A stretch of DNA of 63,620 nt, the filler included, from Octopus bimaculoides (taxonomy: Eukaryota): assembly GCF_001194135.2 (NCBI RefSeq). It is 8 parts of 7 records of this genome, joined end to end, with 100 filler letters (N's around TTAATTAATTAA, not from the genome) between each part and the next. Parts side by side here need not be neighbours in the genome. Positions count along the whole stretch, not along the records: positions 10,832 to 16,445 come from NC_068985.1; positions 16,546 to 28,344 come from NC_068987.1; 6 more parts are not named here. One strand, written 5' to 3'. Within the stretch, counting starts at the first letter, position 1. Every line of letters begins with the position of its first letter. Position numbers and translations under genes: made by a program. A model generated the notes under the pieces. That model was not told the DNA's origin. It did no database searches and saw only the letters and a list, made by a program, of their open reading frames with translations. Positions 15,022-26,639 of this stretch are shown one piece after another.

Positions 15022-15309
15022 TTAAGCCCATTAGGGGAAGTTTAAATGCTATGCTAATATTAGTTATTTCTTGACCGAAACCTAATCCCAAAACCCCTAT
15101 ATGTAGTGGGGTCAATCCTACAATCAGAGTCAATCAGAGTCAATCGTACAACCTAATTAGTCATCTAATATTTAAAAACAATGGTGTTGTTCAAGTCCAT
15201 TAGGGCTATCAATGAATTCCAAGACCTGTAAAACAAAAGTATAAAAATCAAATAAAATCAAATAAAATAAAAATATAGATAAATACAAATACAAATATCA
15301 CTATAAGAA

Positions 15310-15700
15310 TATTTCAGTCATGAGTAGTCTTGGGGGTCCTTAATGATGGAAGGGTCAATGAAAGTACTTGCGGATATGTGAATAGTGTTTTATTTGAATA
15401 TATCTGAGATACATATCTAATTAATGAGTAGTTTTCTGTAAGGGAGAAGTAGATGAAGAAGCATTTAGTTGAAGGGTAAACAAATGATAAACTGACACCA
15501 ATGAGTTCCATCATAGTTAAATATCTTGATATTATATTATTATTGGTGAGATGCCACGCTAAAACATATACTAGAATAGAGAATGTTATTAGTGAAGTCC
15601 AAAAGTACAAGTGTTAATGTGGATGTGTCTGGGTTAAAATATTTTTTAGGCTTGTAGACTATAGTTGAAGTGGGGTAACTGTGTATTTCAATTAATTCTA
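15310..15700 (-). mobile_element. Very decayed LINE RT C-terminal fragment
   Basis: WCQ...LPFN / TKCFFIYF resembles the W...W.L.FN..KC motif after the RT core. Confidence 0.3.
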
Positions 15701-16068
15701 GGGTTTAAGACATCCATAGTCATTAGAAATAAGGTTGAGATTATAAACAATTCTGGGTATAAGCAGAAAGTATTCATGTGTCGATACAGGTATTACTTAG
15801 GAAACGTAAACAATTATGTTTCATTGTAATTATATCAGGTAATTAAGTTGTGAAATATTAATCTAAGAACCATATGGGTTTATTATAGTTACAATAGGGG
15901 TTATACTGTCTCTTATGGGGATAGTGGGATAGACATGTAGTGTTAATGTTTAGATGTATTTTAATCCACCTAGATGTAGAAGTACTGGTAGTTATAAATA
16001 TCCAGACACACTGGTGGTTTCTAAATGGGCACTTAAAATTACTGTTTAAAATGAATGCATAGAGATTA

Positions 16069-16400
16069 TCTATATATATAAAAATGAGAATGTGTGTGCG
16101 TGTGTCTGTCTGTCTGTCTGTCTGTGTGTGTGAATCCCTAAAACTCGAGAACTACGCAACCAATTTCATTCAAATTTTACACATGCCTTACTTAGGGTTC
16201 CAGTTGTGTTTTAGTAAAAAAAAATTATTAACTTCTTGCAGAGTTCGAGCACACGGCAACATAATATCTCCTCCACTATTTAAGTATTACGTGTCAAAAG
16301 TGAAACAAAAACACTCATGTCAAATACTTTCACTTTAAAAATGAAACCATTCCACTAACTGAAACAATCACATTTCGATACTGTAGTGACAGATACTTTC
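16069..16400 (+). mobile_element. Non-autonomous Helitron 5' part
   Basis: A|TC start, then TATATATATAAAAATGAGAATGTGTG, a (GTCT)n tract and ...AAAACT...AACCAATTTCATTCAAATTTT. This layout is typical of non-autonomous Helitrons. Confidence 0.6.
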
Positions 16401-16412
16401 ACAGAGAGAGAA

Positions 16413-16445
<33 letters not shown>

Positions 16446-16914
16446 NNNNNNNNNNNNNNNNNNNNNNNNNNNNNNNNNNNNNNNNNNNNTTAATTAATTA
16501 ANNNNNNNNNNNNNNNNNNNNNNNNNNNNNNNNNNNNNNNNNNNNAAAAAAAAAAAAAAAAAAAAAAAACCCCACCACCCATTTAAAATTTTGAACGTTT
16601 TCGAAAATTTGTTTCCCTAGATTCCAAATATGGAAGAAACCAGGTTTTCAAAATTTTAAATTCAATAAGCATATAGATATGTGTATAAAAAGATATCTAT
16701 CTAGCTATGAATGCCTTCCTGGAGCTAAAAATAACAGTAACACTGTCTTCTATAGGACCGCCACATTTAGTTGACAAATATATTTTATAAAAAAATTGAT
16801 AGACAAATAAATGAATGGATAAAATATTTCAAAATTTAAAATTGAGGGAGGGGGTAAAATTTGAGCCCCTTATTAAACTTTATAATATTAATTATTAATG
16901 TTTGTTTCTCATAA

Positions 16915-17094
16915 AATGGCCAGCAATTTCAGTAGGGGTAAGTCGATTACATCGATGTCAGTGTTTAACTGGTACTTATTTCATTGACCCTAAAAGAATG
17001 AAAGACAAAGTTGACATCGGCGGAATTTGAACTCGGAAAGTGTAGACGGATAAAATGACTGGCTTGCTTACAATTCTGCCAGTTCGCCACCTTA
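16915..17094 (-). mobile_element. SINE family B, diverged
   Basis: Collinear with 3968-4183. Confidence 0.75.
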
Positions 17095-18324
17095 AATCTC
17101 AATCTAATATTGAGTTTGTTGCATCATGGAATTAATTCACTGGTGTGTTGTAATCAACTAATGCGTTTTGTTTTATGATCCAGAAAGTGAAACTACTGAA
17201 GTCTGTAGAGAACAGCATAAATTGAAAATGAAATGTTTGGTAGTACTCATAGACGACTTAAATCAACACCTATGAGCTGACTGAAAGGAAATGTACTAGA
17301 TATTTGTATTAATAAAATGAAAATTGAAAATGCAACTTTCTTGCATCATTGGCATTAATCCTTTTGACAGTATTATCCTTATTCCTATAAAAGTCTTTTA
17401 CTAAACTTATATTTCCATATAATGAAATTTAATAAGCGACTTTCAAAATTCCGATTTCTGGCAATTTTCTGGAATCTCTGTATCCGAAAAGCTGGGTTTT
17501 TCGAAAAAAAAAAAAAAAAAAAAAAAANNNNNNNNNNAAAAACCCCACAATAATTTGCAAGAAAATAGGGGGGGGGGGAAGTCTTTCAGAAAATAGTAGC
17601 TGAAAAACAGGATAAAAAAAACCTAAAAGCAGCGGAAATGCACGAACAATTATGGTGGTGTCATGAAGTAAACATGCTTCTGATACTCTCGTTAATTCAT
17701 ACGAATGTAACTGAGATTAAATACGTCATAAATAACTGTGATAAACGAAATATACACCGCCGGAAGTTGTTGTTGACAAACAACAGCAGTAATTTTATTC
17801 AGCTGAATACACGTCATTGATTAGTTTAAATTACCAAAATACAACACGAAATAACTTCGAAAATAGAAACTTTTCTCAACAACGCTAAGAGTAAAAGATA
17901 TTCTTTATGACACATTCTACCAGCATACGTAGTTTGAAAGTGTTTAGTTAAAGGAAATTAATTAATCGAGCTGCTCGTTTATTCAGAATACCCAAGTCTA
18001 GTTTTGTATTTCCCCGGAATGTTTAGTTTCATTTTTAGTCCCAATGCGGGCGCATGCATGATAATATTCGTAAGTTATTACACTTGGAAAAGTACAGAAC
18101 AAGATTTCTACAGTAGAATTAGCCTAATCTGTCACCTCTAATGGAAACTAAAAGTTCTTACAGTTAAAATTCTATTGTATTTATATAAAATTTCATTAAA
18201 AGATATTCATTTTCCTAAAAGTAATGAGAGAAAATAATCGGATAGTGTGAATTTTCCGAAAGCCCTCGGATCTTTCTGAACTGACAGGCACCACTTTTCA
18301 TTTATATTTTATGTAGTGTTTTTG

Positions 18325-18935
18325 GTACCGAAACACTTTCAAACTTTGTATACTTGTATATTTTGTGTTATAGAACAGATAAAAATTTTTGTATTCGCAG
18401 ATATTTCATGTAAAAAATTGTCGTATTTCAATAATTTTAACCAATCACTGATGTCTATTGAGGTGAAAACAATTACTGCTATGAAATATAAACAACATAT
18501 TCTAGCGGTGTAATGGGATCTTTTCCCTTGAATAAAATTAGTGCCATTGTTTGTCAACAACAACTATCGGCGGTACTGTTATTTATGACATCGTTCGTGT
18601 GTTTGTACTGGTTTTAGCTTTAGGGTTAGTTTTAGGGTTAGGGTTATGATTATTTTTGCCATAACCTAACTCATAACCCTAACCCTAACCCTAAAACCCT
18701 TACTAGAGAATAACGATATAATTAACAAGGAATAATGATCTTGACACTGGCAAAGATTATTGTTTACAAAAACAGCAGTAGCTGTATTCAGTGATTGGTT
18801 GAAATTACAGAAATTCGACAACTTTAACATGAAATAACTTGCGATGTAGAAATTTTTGTTAAGAAGGCTAAGAGAAAAAGATGTTTTATATGACACGTTC
18901 TACCAGTATCCCAAGTTTGAAAGTGCTTCGTTAAG
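18325..18935. mobile_element. Inverted pair of a dispersed repeat centred on TTAGGG/CCCTAA tracts
   Basis: 18325-18590 is a reverse copy and 18760-18935 a forward copy of the repeat also at 17725-17950. Telomeric hexamers at about 18620-18695. Confidence 0.6.
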
Positions 18936-20559
18936 AAAACAAATGGTGCCCGTCAATTCAGAAAGATCCAAGCCCTTTCCTCACACCCTTGGAAAAAATT
19001 TCCCCCACAAATTTCTTTATAATCGTTATCTATACCGTTTGAACGGTATTTATATAAAATTTAATTGAACAATATCTATTTTCCTAAAATTTATGAGGTT
19101 CATTGACGCAAATTTTTGTTTTCACATTCGTTTAATACGCTTTTTTGGTAATTATTCAGTTTACGTGTGTAAAAAAGTAAATAAAAATTANNNNNNNNNN
19201 NNNNNNNNNNNNNNNNNNNNNNNNNNNNNNNNNNNNNNNNNNNNNNNNNNNNNNNNNNNNNNNNNNNNNNNNNNNNNNNNNNNNNNNNNNNNNNNNNNNN
19301 NNNNNNNNNNNNNNNNNNNNNNNNNNNNNNNNNNNNNNNNNNNNNNNNNNNNNNNNNNNNNNNGGGGGGGGGGGGAGGACTTTCGGAAAATTCACAAGAT
19401 CCTATTTTTCCGTCATACAGAATATAGAGTCTCTTACAGTTGTTTCTGGAATAGCCAAGTGTGTGGATCATCAAACTGAGTAAGGATTTCATAGGCTGAG
19501 TATACTATCATCAGAGAGATGTAAAAGTGAGGGTAAGTCCTCAATCGAAGATATTAGTGTATTCCAGTTTGTCAAGAATGGGGGAAGGATACGTTAGGTA
19601 GATCCATGATCAAATGAAGAATACAGTTATAGGTAATATCCAACAGCAGCTTCAAATGAGAATGTTCGATGATAATAGTGAAAGTTACCTGTACCAGTTT
19701 TGAATAGAGAATGAATGAGGATAGAATAGGAATATTATACTATAGTCAGGAGGAAAGACAGGTGGATGTAGTAGAGTAGATATATAGTAGTCAGTATAGT
19801 GGGGTATGCGAGTCGAGAGAGGTTAGTGGGTGCATGTATAAAGACAGGTAAAGAGATGAAGAATAACATATCAAATGACCACCAAGGCAGGCCAGAGTTA
19901 GCAAAAATGGGAGGGATAAGATAGTGATGGTAATGAAGTAGTTGTAAAAGATAATGAAGATCTCATGCTAAAGGGAGCCTGATAATAATGGAAGTGAGGG
20001 GAGATTTGGGACTCGTCTGGTTGTAGTGATACTAGAAGTAGATGCCCATAATATTAAATATAAAATATAAAAATTTGTGGTGTTAATGAAGTGTATGCTC
20101 ATTGGGAACTGAGGGATAAGATTTGAAATGATAAATCAAAAATAAATAGATTAGGGACATATATTTACTAAGTTTAGATGTAGTGAAATTGTAGGGCTCA
20201 GGAATGAAGGAACCAAATATAATATTAAATAAATGAGTGAAGAGAGTTGAAAAGATTGATTAATTATATGCATTTTAGTAATTCGTATATAGCTCCAAAC
20301 CATCAGGAGAGATGCTGAGTAGTGTTCTATTAATTATGAGTGTGTTGCAGCTGAAAGGATATTCTATTACTTATGATCTAGGTGGGGGATATTAGATATG
20401 GAATAAAGGAGAGAAAGAAAATCTACAGAAGAAGGAAAAAGATGTGAAGATACTGTAATCTACATACCTATACTTAAATAGTCATTATCTGAAAATCTTG
20501 TCTTTGCTTTCTTTCTGTTTGCACATATACATACAGTTGAAGATAGACGGAAGCAGAGA

Positions 20560-21290
20560 GTATGGGACAATCTGCGCTCAGTCCCACTTTCAACTCTCCC
20601 TTTGGTCAATTTTCAAGATGTTGCCTTCTGCTAGTGCAAAATTCTCAGAGGACTGGATTGATGCCTTGCCTGCAGCTAATGTTGGTGGTCTACTCAAGCT
20701 AGATGAGCTCTGCATCTTCATTGCACTCAGAGTGGGAGCTAACGTCTGTGGAGAACTGAGATGTTGTTGTAGTATGCTCCACAACTCAGCAAGTTTTCAT
20801 GGTTTGTCTTGCTGCCTAAATATTGGTTGGTTTGTCACACCGAGCTAAACTTAATCATTAAGCAGGCCCTGGCACGGGTTAATATCCTCTCAGTTTTGGA
20901 GCTGGTGGGATTATGCAGAAGTGATGGGAAGAGACCAGATGGTCCTTATCCTTTGTTCCCAGGTAAGATATAGGTGCCTCATCTGGGACACCGTAGCTCC
21001 CCCTCACATCCTAGATGCTGCAGTAAATGGGAGAATCACTTCTTCCATAACAAAATGAAACAAAATTCTGAAGTACTGGGACCTGTCAGTGAACCATTTT
21101 TTCCAGCCTGTAGTGTTTGAGACGTTTGATTGAGCTGCGCCACTAATGGCAAAGTTCTTGTCATTGTTGACAGCTTGCCTCACTGAGATGTCAGGTGATG
21201 CCCATGCGGGTGCTTGGCTGTCCCAACACCTTTGCCTCACCATCAACCATGGTAATGCTGCAAGCATGTTGGCTTGTTTCAGTAGGTTCT
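20560..21290 (+). mobile_element. CRE-clade non-LTR retrotransposon, 3' end (zinc knuckle plus restriction-like endonuclease), decayed
   Basis: Motifs in order across frames: WIDALP, CCC...HGLSC, CHTELNLIIKQAL, GLCRSDGKRPDG, CLIWDT, QPVVFETF, INHGNAASML (typical consensus RHxxLN, RPD, ET.G, QRGNA). Confidence 0.75.
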
Positions 21291-22059
21291 GTTGAACTTT
21301 GTGATGTGTAACCAATTGAGGCAATTGGTGTTGCATTGGTGATTTTTTCCCTTTCTTTTTTCTTTCTTTGTTCCTCTTTTTCCATTTTTTTCTCCTGGAT
21401 TTGGATTGGTATTTTTAATGTGATTTTGCATTATATATGTACCATATACATACATTCCAATAAAAGAATATTTCCTTAAAAACAAAAAAAAAACGTATGC
21501 ATATATGTGGAGTGAGGTTGCAAAATGGAATGTTTTTACTGCATTTTTGACCTTGGGACAAAATATATATTTTTTATAAATGTTCATAACCTTCCAAAAA
21601 CTATATCAGCTAAGCAAATGTCCTTCCCTAAATGCTTTAAAAGTATTTTAACATAATATGATCACTATTTCAGAAAATTATCGTTGTTCTCTTTGAACAT
21701 ATAATAGACAAATTTGGCTGGGGCAAAATGAATAAGACAAGATAATATAAATTTGCCACTTCTATTCTCTAGAATCACATTTGAAAACACATTCATACAC
21801 ATCAGTATCCATCCATAAACATCAGAAATGCAAAACAAATTTTAAACACCTAAGTCAAATGAAAGAGAATCAGGAGAAAATGACACATGATATGAAATCA
21901 ATGAAACTCGACTAACTAAAAAAAAAAAAAAAATCAACATAAAATATTCTCTATAGCTTCTTCACAATCTGCTGGAGTGTCCCCTTCATGATATATTTAC
22001 ACACCGTGTAGTTAAAGAGAAGAAATAACTGAAATTAGTCGTTACTCATTTTACCCCAT

Positions 22060-22625
22060 TTTAGACGTCATAATGCTGGCGTAGGGGACGTCCCACACCA
22101 GCATTAAGAATACCAACAACAACAGAAGTAGCAACTCGAAGATACACTGGATGTTTACGGAAACACCTTCAAGCAGCGCCTCTCCAACAACAGATCTTTG
22201 TTTAGGGTCCGAGAGAGACAATATGCCATGTTGGCCAGCCATGTGTGACGCCTGAAGGACAAAGGGACTCCACACGTAATCTCATGGAAGATCCTAGAAA
22301 AACCAGACCCTTACATCAACGGGAACGAATGGGCAAGGATATTAAAGAACTTCCTCAACTCGGAGAACATCTTAAATTCCAGGATGGAAGTCTTCAGACC
22401 CTATTTACACTTCATGAGATTGCTGCTGAAATCCTGGAACCCACAGACTGACCGGGTCGATTACAGATAGTAGTCTAAGGGAGACAATCCCTTGCATTTA
22501 ACCCTTCTCCTTTGTCCATGTTTTCAACAACTGGTCTTTTCTCCCTCCACTTTGAATAGTGGTTATAGGCCACTGGCTATTAGGGTCTGAAGAGCTAAGT
22601 ACTTTACGGATGCGAAGCCCTAGAT
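22060..22625 (+). mobile_element. Penelope-like element: GIY-YIG endonuclease C-terminus plus 3' region with a broken hammerhead motif
   Basis: Reads NTFKQRLSNNRSLFR..RQYAMLASHV*RLKDKGTPHVISWKILEKTRP and LNSRMEVFRP, matching the PLE endonuclease tail. CTGAAGA...GCGAA at 22587-22616. Confidence 0.75.
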
Positions 22626-22663
22626 AACCCCATAACTATCTTTATCTAATATATCATCATCAT

Positions 22664-22905
22664 TTAACATCTGTTTTCCATGCTGTATGGTTTGACTGAA
22701 AACTGGTAAGCTGGGGGAGCTGTACCAGGTTTCAATCTGATTTGTCATGGTTTCTAAGCTGGATGTCCTTCCTAACGCCAACCACTCCAAGAGTGTAGTG
22801 GGTGCTTTTTACGTGCCATTGGCATGAGTGCCAGTTACAAAACACTGGCATGGCCACGACTATGATCTCACTTGGCTTGACAGGTCTTCTCAAGCATGGT
22901 GTGTT
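22664..22905 (-). mobile_element. SINE 3' module C with (GAT)n tail
   Basis: CATCATCATTTAAC...GCTGGATGTCCTTCCTAACGCCAACCAC...GGGTGCTTTT. Confidence 0.75.
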
Positions 22906-23270
22906 GCAAAAGGCCTCAGTCACATTTATGTATTTGTTTAGCAAGATTCTTGATGTGAAATCATCTGTTAAGATAGGTATTGTTATACTTGGGGATGGTC
23001 ATATTTTGCTAATTAAACACACGCACTATATATTTGGTCTTCCCTTCAACTTTATTATTATTTTAATTTCTTTTTGTTAAAGCTCTTTCATTACACGTCC
23101 TGTGACCTCTTTAGCAACTCTATCCCACATGTCGCCTCCAGAAAAAAAAAAATTTTCATTACAATTTCTGATATAATCGGATTCTATACCATCTGAAGCA
23201 TATTTATAGAAAGTCTCATTAAAAACATCAATTTTTCTGGAAACAAAGTGAACACATGCGTAGGTATCTG

Positions 23271-23464
23271 GGTACTACTAAAGCAGCACGGTCCCGAACG
23301 CGCAGTCGCGCGTCCGCGCTAGCTAGTCGTGAGTGGTCGATTCTAACCCTAACCCGTATTCATTTGCACACGCGGGTTAGGGTTAGGGTTAGGATCGACC
23401 ACTCACGACTAGCTAGCACGGACGCACGACTGCGCGTTCGGGTCCGTGCTGCTTTAGTAGTACC
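23271..23464. mobile_element. Palindromic MITE with 8-bp TSD and internal telomeric repeats (Merlin-like)
   Basis: Arms 23271-23356 and 23373-23464 with 4 mismatches plus one extra TTAGGG. Perfect TSD GGTATCTG at 23263-23270 and 23465-23472. GGTAC termini. Confidence 0.85.
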
Positions 23465-23728
23465 GGTATCTGGTCGACCATTTGGATGCCGTCAGGTAAT
23501 TACCATGGTTTCGCTCCGCTTGCTACAAATAGCAGCCAAATCTCCCCACACCATCTTATTAAAATCGTCCTTAACATAATGTCTGAACGATTTACTGAAT
23601 TATGTTGTCATAGTCGAACAGAATAAAGTAAATATCAAGTAGACTGGAACACATTTGATCATAGTTTTGCCACATCAAGACGATTAAATAACAAGAGAAA
23701 CAAACAATCTAACCCAACAATGTTACAC

Positions 23729-24078
23729 AGTCAAACAGGTGTAAAAAAATGTAGAAAACGAATATGAAAACAAAAATTTGTGCAGACGAACGTGGGGGGT
23801 GGGGGAACTTTCGGAAAATTCACAAGATCCGATTTTCCGAAATCCTCTCTGCACCCCTACAGAAAACATTTTCCCATAAATTTCTTTATAATCGTAATCT
23901 ATGCCATTTGAACAGTATTTCTATAAAATTTCATCAACATATATCCATTTTCATGAAAGTTATGAGGGAGAAATCGGATGTTGTGAATTTTCTGAAAATC
24001 CTCTCCCCCACCCCCGTTCGTCTGCACAGATTTTTGTTTTCATATTCGTTTTCTACATATTTTTACACCCATCTGACT
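23729..24078. mobile_element. Foldback/MITE element with about 110-bp imperfect TIRs
   Basis: Left arm AGTCAAACAGGTGTAAAAAAATGTAGAAAACGAATATGAAAAC...GGAAAATTCACAAGATCCGATTT is mirrored at about 23970-24078. Related pieces at about 17440-17600, 18100-18290, 18960-19100, 19364-19410 and 33615-33720. Confidence 0.8.
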
Positions 24079-24339
24079 ACGTTTTCAGTTTTGATTTGGT
24101 GAGGGGGAGTTAAACTATGTATTAACCGACCCACATGAAATTTTGTAAATTGCAATCATTCTAGCCAGATTGATTCCGATTTCTGAATTGTGCCATTCTT
24201 GTTTTAGGTTAGGTACTAATGTAAACATTTACCGTAAATATAGTAACGTTATTTCACTTACGTCCCACGAATTCTTCACTGGGTTCCATACATTTACTGA
24301 TATTTTATCAATATCAGAGAGAAGGAAAACAAGGCTCAT

Positions 24340-24438
24340 TCTCCTCGTATATAGTAACCTCCCTGTCTCCCGAACGATTGCATCATTAAATGCACCGTTT
24401 ACCGGAAATGACCTTTCAGTTGCCCTCATCTCATCACC
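24340..24438. promoter_or_regulatory. Putative core promoter / 5' UTR of HARS, possibly bidirectional
   Basis: Unique sequence directly upstream of the ATG, with an ETS-like ACCGGAAATG at 24401-24410. An opposite-strand donor-bounded exon candidate ends at 24262. Confidence 0.45.
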
Positions 24439-24534
24439 ATGGCCGAGCAAGAAAAAGCCGCAGTTAAACAGGCAATCAAAGACCAAGGTGAAATTGTGCG
24501 TAAATTAAAAGCAGAGAAAGCTGAAAAAGAAAAA
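24439..24534 (+). CDS. HARS: Histidyl-tRNA synthetase, coding exon 1 (N-terminal WHEP-TRS domain)
   Basis: Strong Kozak context (caccATGg). Encodes MAEQEKAAVKQAIKDQGEIVRKLKAEKAEKEK, then a GTAAGG donor in phase 0. The QG-x-x-VR-x-LK motif is the WHEP signature. The intron falls 15 residues after the QG glycine, as I recall for human HARS1 exon 1, and the end resembles Drosophila HisRS (LKAAKESKEK|IDEEV). No later exons found in the window. Confidence 0.85.
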
Positions 24535-25322
24535 GTAAGGTTTGATATACCATATATGCGATGGTGCTTTAAATTCAAGCTTGTTATGTGATTATTATTA
24601 CTGAATTTTGCAAATCATATGAGATATTTTTATCGCATTCGTTTCATACATTTCTCACTAAGTTTTTATTCTTTTGAACTAATTAAATTTTCGTTCAAAT
24701 GTAATTTATATATTCATTATTACTAAGGGCTGCCTTTAGTGATTTCTTGTAACACAGTTATGGCTAATTTTTGCAGGGGAGAGTTATGGTCAGTTGAATC
24801 GTTTGTATGACATTACAGGTACTTGAAATCGATGTCTCAGTCGACACCGCACTTTTTTTAATTGTGAACAGCTGGGTACAGAGATAGGCAGAGTATAGCA
24901 TCCAGTCATGCATTAGAACCATGCAGCCATTTTTACTGGCTTATCATTGTTGAAGGACAACAGTTGCGTGAGATTGTGTAAACTTCGAACCTTTTCGAAG
25001 TCTAGCAGCGTCATTGTAGTGAATTGGCTTAAACTAGGTATTCAAACCGAGACGTGTCAACTTGCCGCTAAGCGTTACCTTATTATACTCTCTACATCGC
25101 TTCTCTATAATGGTGGTTATAATGTTCTCTAATTCTATAAACTTCAACTGAACACACACACACACAGATGCACACATCTATTTCAAAAATATTTATCATA
25201 ATCATTAGTCGATTAAATATATTTTGTGGGACTCCCTCTCAGACTTATTTTTGAGCACCTCATTTTAAGTGTCCAGACGTAGCTTATTCTGAACTCATCA
25301 CATCTGGGAATACACACACACA

Positions 25323-25537
25323 CGAGGGGGTACTGAAATGTTCCTGGTTTGGGGTTATAGAAAATACCAGGAGGATCAGTTAATTATGATTTTAAGCAAC
25401 ACATTCCCCTCTCAGATTTACACACTTATCGCAACAGTCCTTAAGTTTTTCTAAGCTCTGTAAAAGAACTCGGAAGTTTGGGCCGCCATCCAGGCCTTTC
25501 GCGACCCTTAAAGTCAGGGATTTTCAGCACCCCCTCG
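25323..25537. mobile_element. Mariner-type MITE, copy 2
   Basis: CGAGGGGGTACTGAAA...TTTTCAGCACCCCCTCG|TA. Internal sequence matches 6476-6685. Confidence 0.75.
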
Positions 25538-26639
25538 TATATACAGGGGGTGCTCAATGAGGATTGCATTTTTGACTTTGAGAAGAAATAACTTTTTTAC
25601 GTGTGTGTGCGCGCGCGGGGTGTGTGTATTCGTTTTTCACGCGAAAACGGCTGCAGGAATTGCCTCCATACTTGGGATGCATGAATAATTCGACCTCGGA
25701 TGCATACTAGGATCTTCAGTTTATTTTTTTATAAAAAATAAATAACATTGCTTTCTATGTATGATTCACTTCTTTAACAAGAAGGTTTCTCAATGNNNNN
25801 NNNNNNNNNNNNNNNNNNNNNNNNNNNNNNNNNNNNNNNNNNNNNNNNNNNNNNNNNNNNNNNNNNNNNNNNNNNNNNNNNNNNNNNNNNNNNNNNNNNN
25901 NNNNNNNNNNNNNNNNNNNNNNNNNNNNNNNNNNNNNNNNNNNNNNNNNNNNNNNNNNNNNNNNNNNNNNNNNNNNNNNNNNNNNNNNNNNNNNNNNNNN
26001 NNNNNNNNNNNNNNNNNNNNNNNNNNNNNNNNNNNNNNNNNNNNNNNNNNNNNNNNNNNNNNNNNNNNNNNNNNNNNNNNNNNNNNNNNNNNNNNNNNNN
26101 NNNNNNNNNNNNNNNNNNNNNNNNNNNNNNNNNNNNNNNNNNNNNNNNNNNNNNNNNNNNNNNNNNNNNNNNNNNNNNNNNNNNNNNNNNNNNNNNNNNN
26201 NNNNNNNNNNNNNNNNNNNNNNNNNNNNNNNNNNNNNNNNNNNNNNNNNNNNNNNNNNNNNNNNNNNNNNNNNNNNNNNNNNNNNNNNNNNNNNNNNNNN
26301 NNNNNNNNNNNNNNNNNNNNNNNNNNNNNNNNNNNNNNNNNNNNNNNNNNNNNNNNNNNNNNNNNNNNNNNNNNNNACATAGACAAATACAAAGGTTACG
26401 ATTTTTTAAAAATGTGTTTGTAAAATTTCAGTTTTTCAACAAGAAAAAAAATATATATATATACACTCAGGCCTTCAAGCAGGCTATCCACATGCTAGAA
26501 ATAACAGCCAAATCTCACAAAACTACGATAATATAATGAAATTTTGAAAGTGCGATTTTTGAAAAAAATTTTTTCAGAATCGGATCCCCCATAACTAAAA
26601 ACTTGTTTGTACCCCACAGGCTGGTTTATTATTTTTTCT

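Noticed and set aside
19440-20460. Purine-skewed block suggesting an old antisense LINE (similar skew at 51050-52500)
   Set aside because: No diagnostic motif recoverable by eye; left unassigned.
20468-20488. 21-nt minus-strand exon phase-compatible with MEPSEEFVG
   Set aside because: The acceptor has a purine-rich upstream tract and the joined peptide is unrecognisable.
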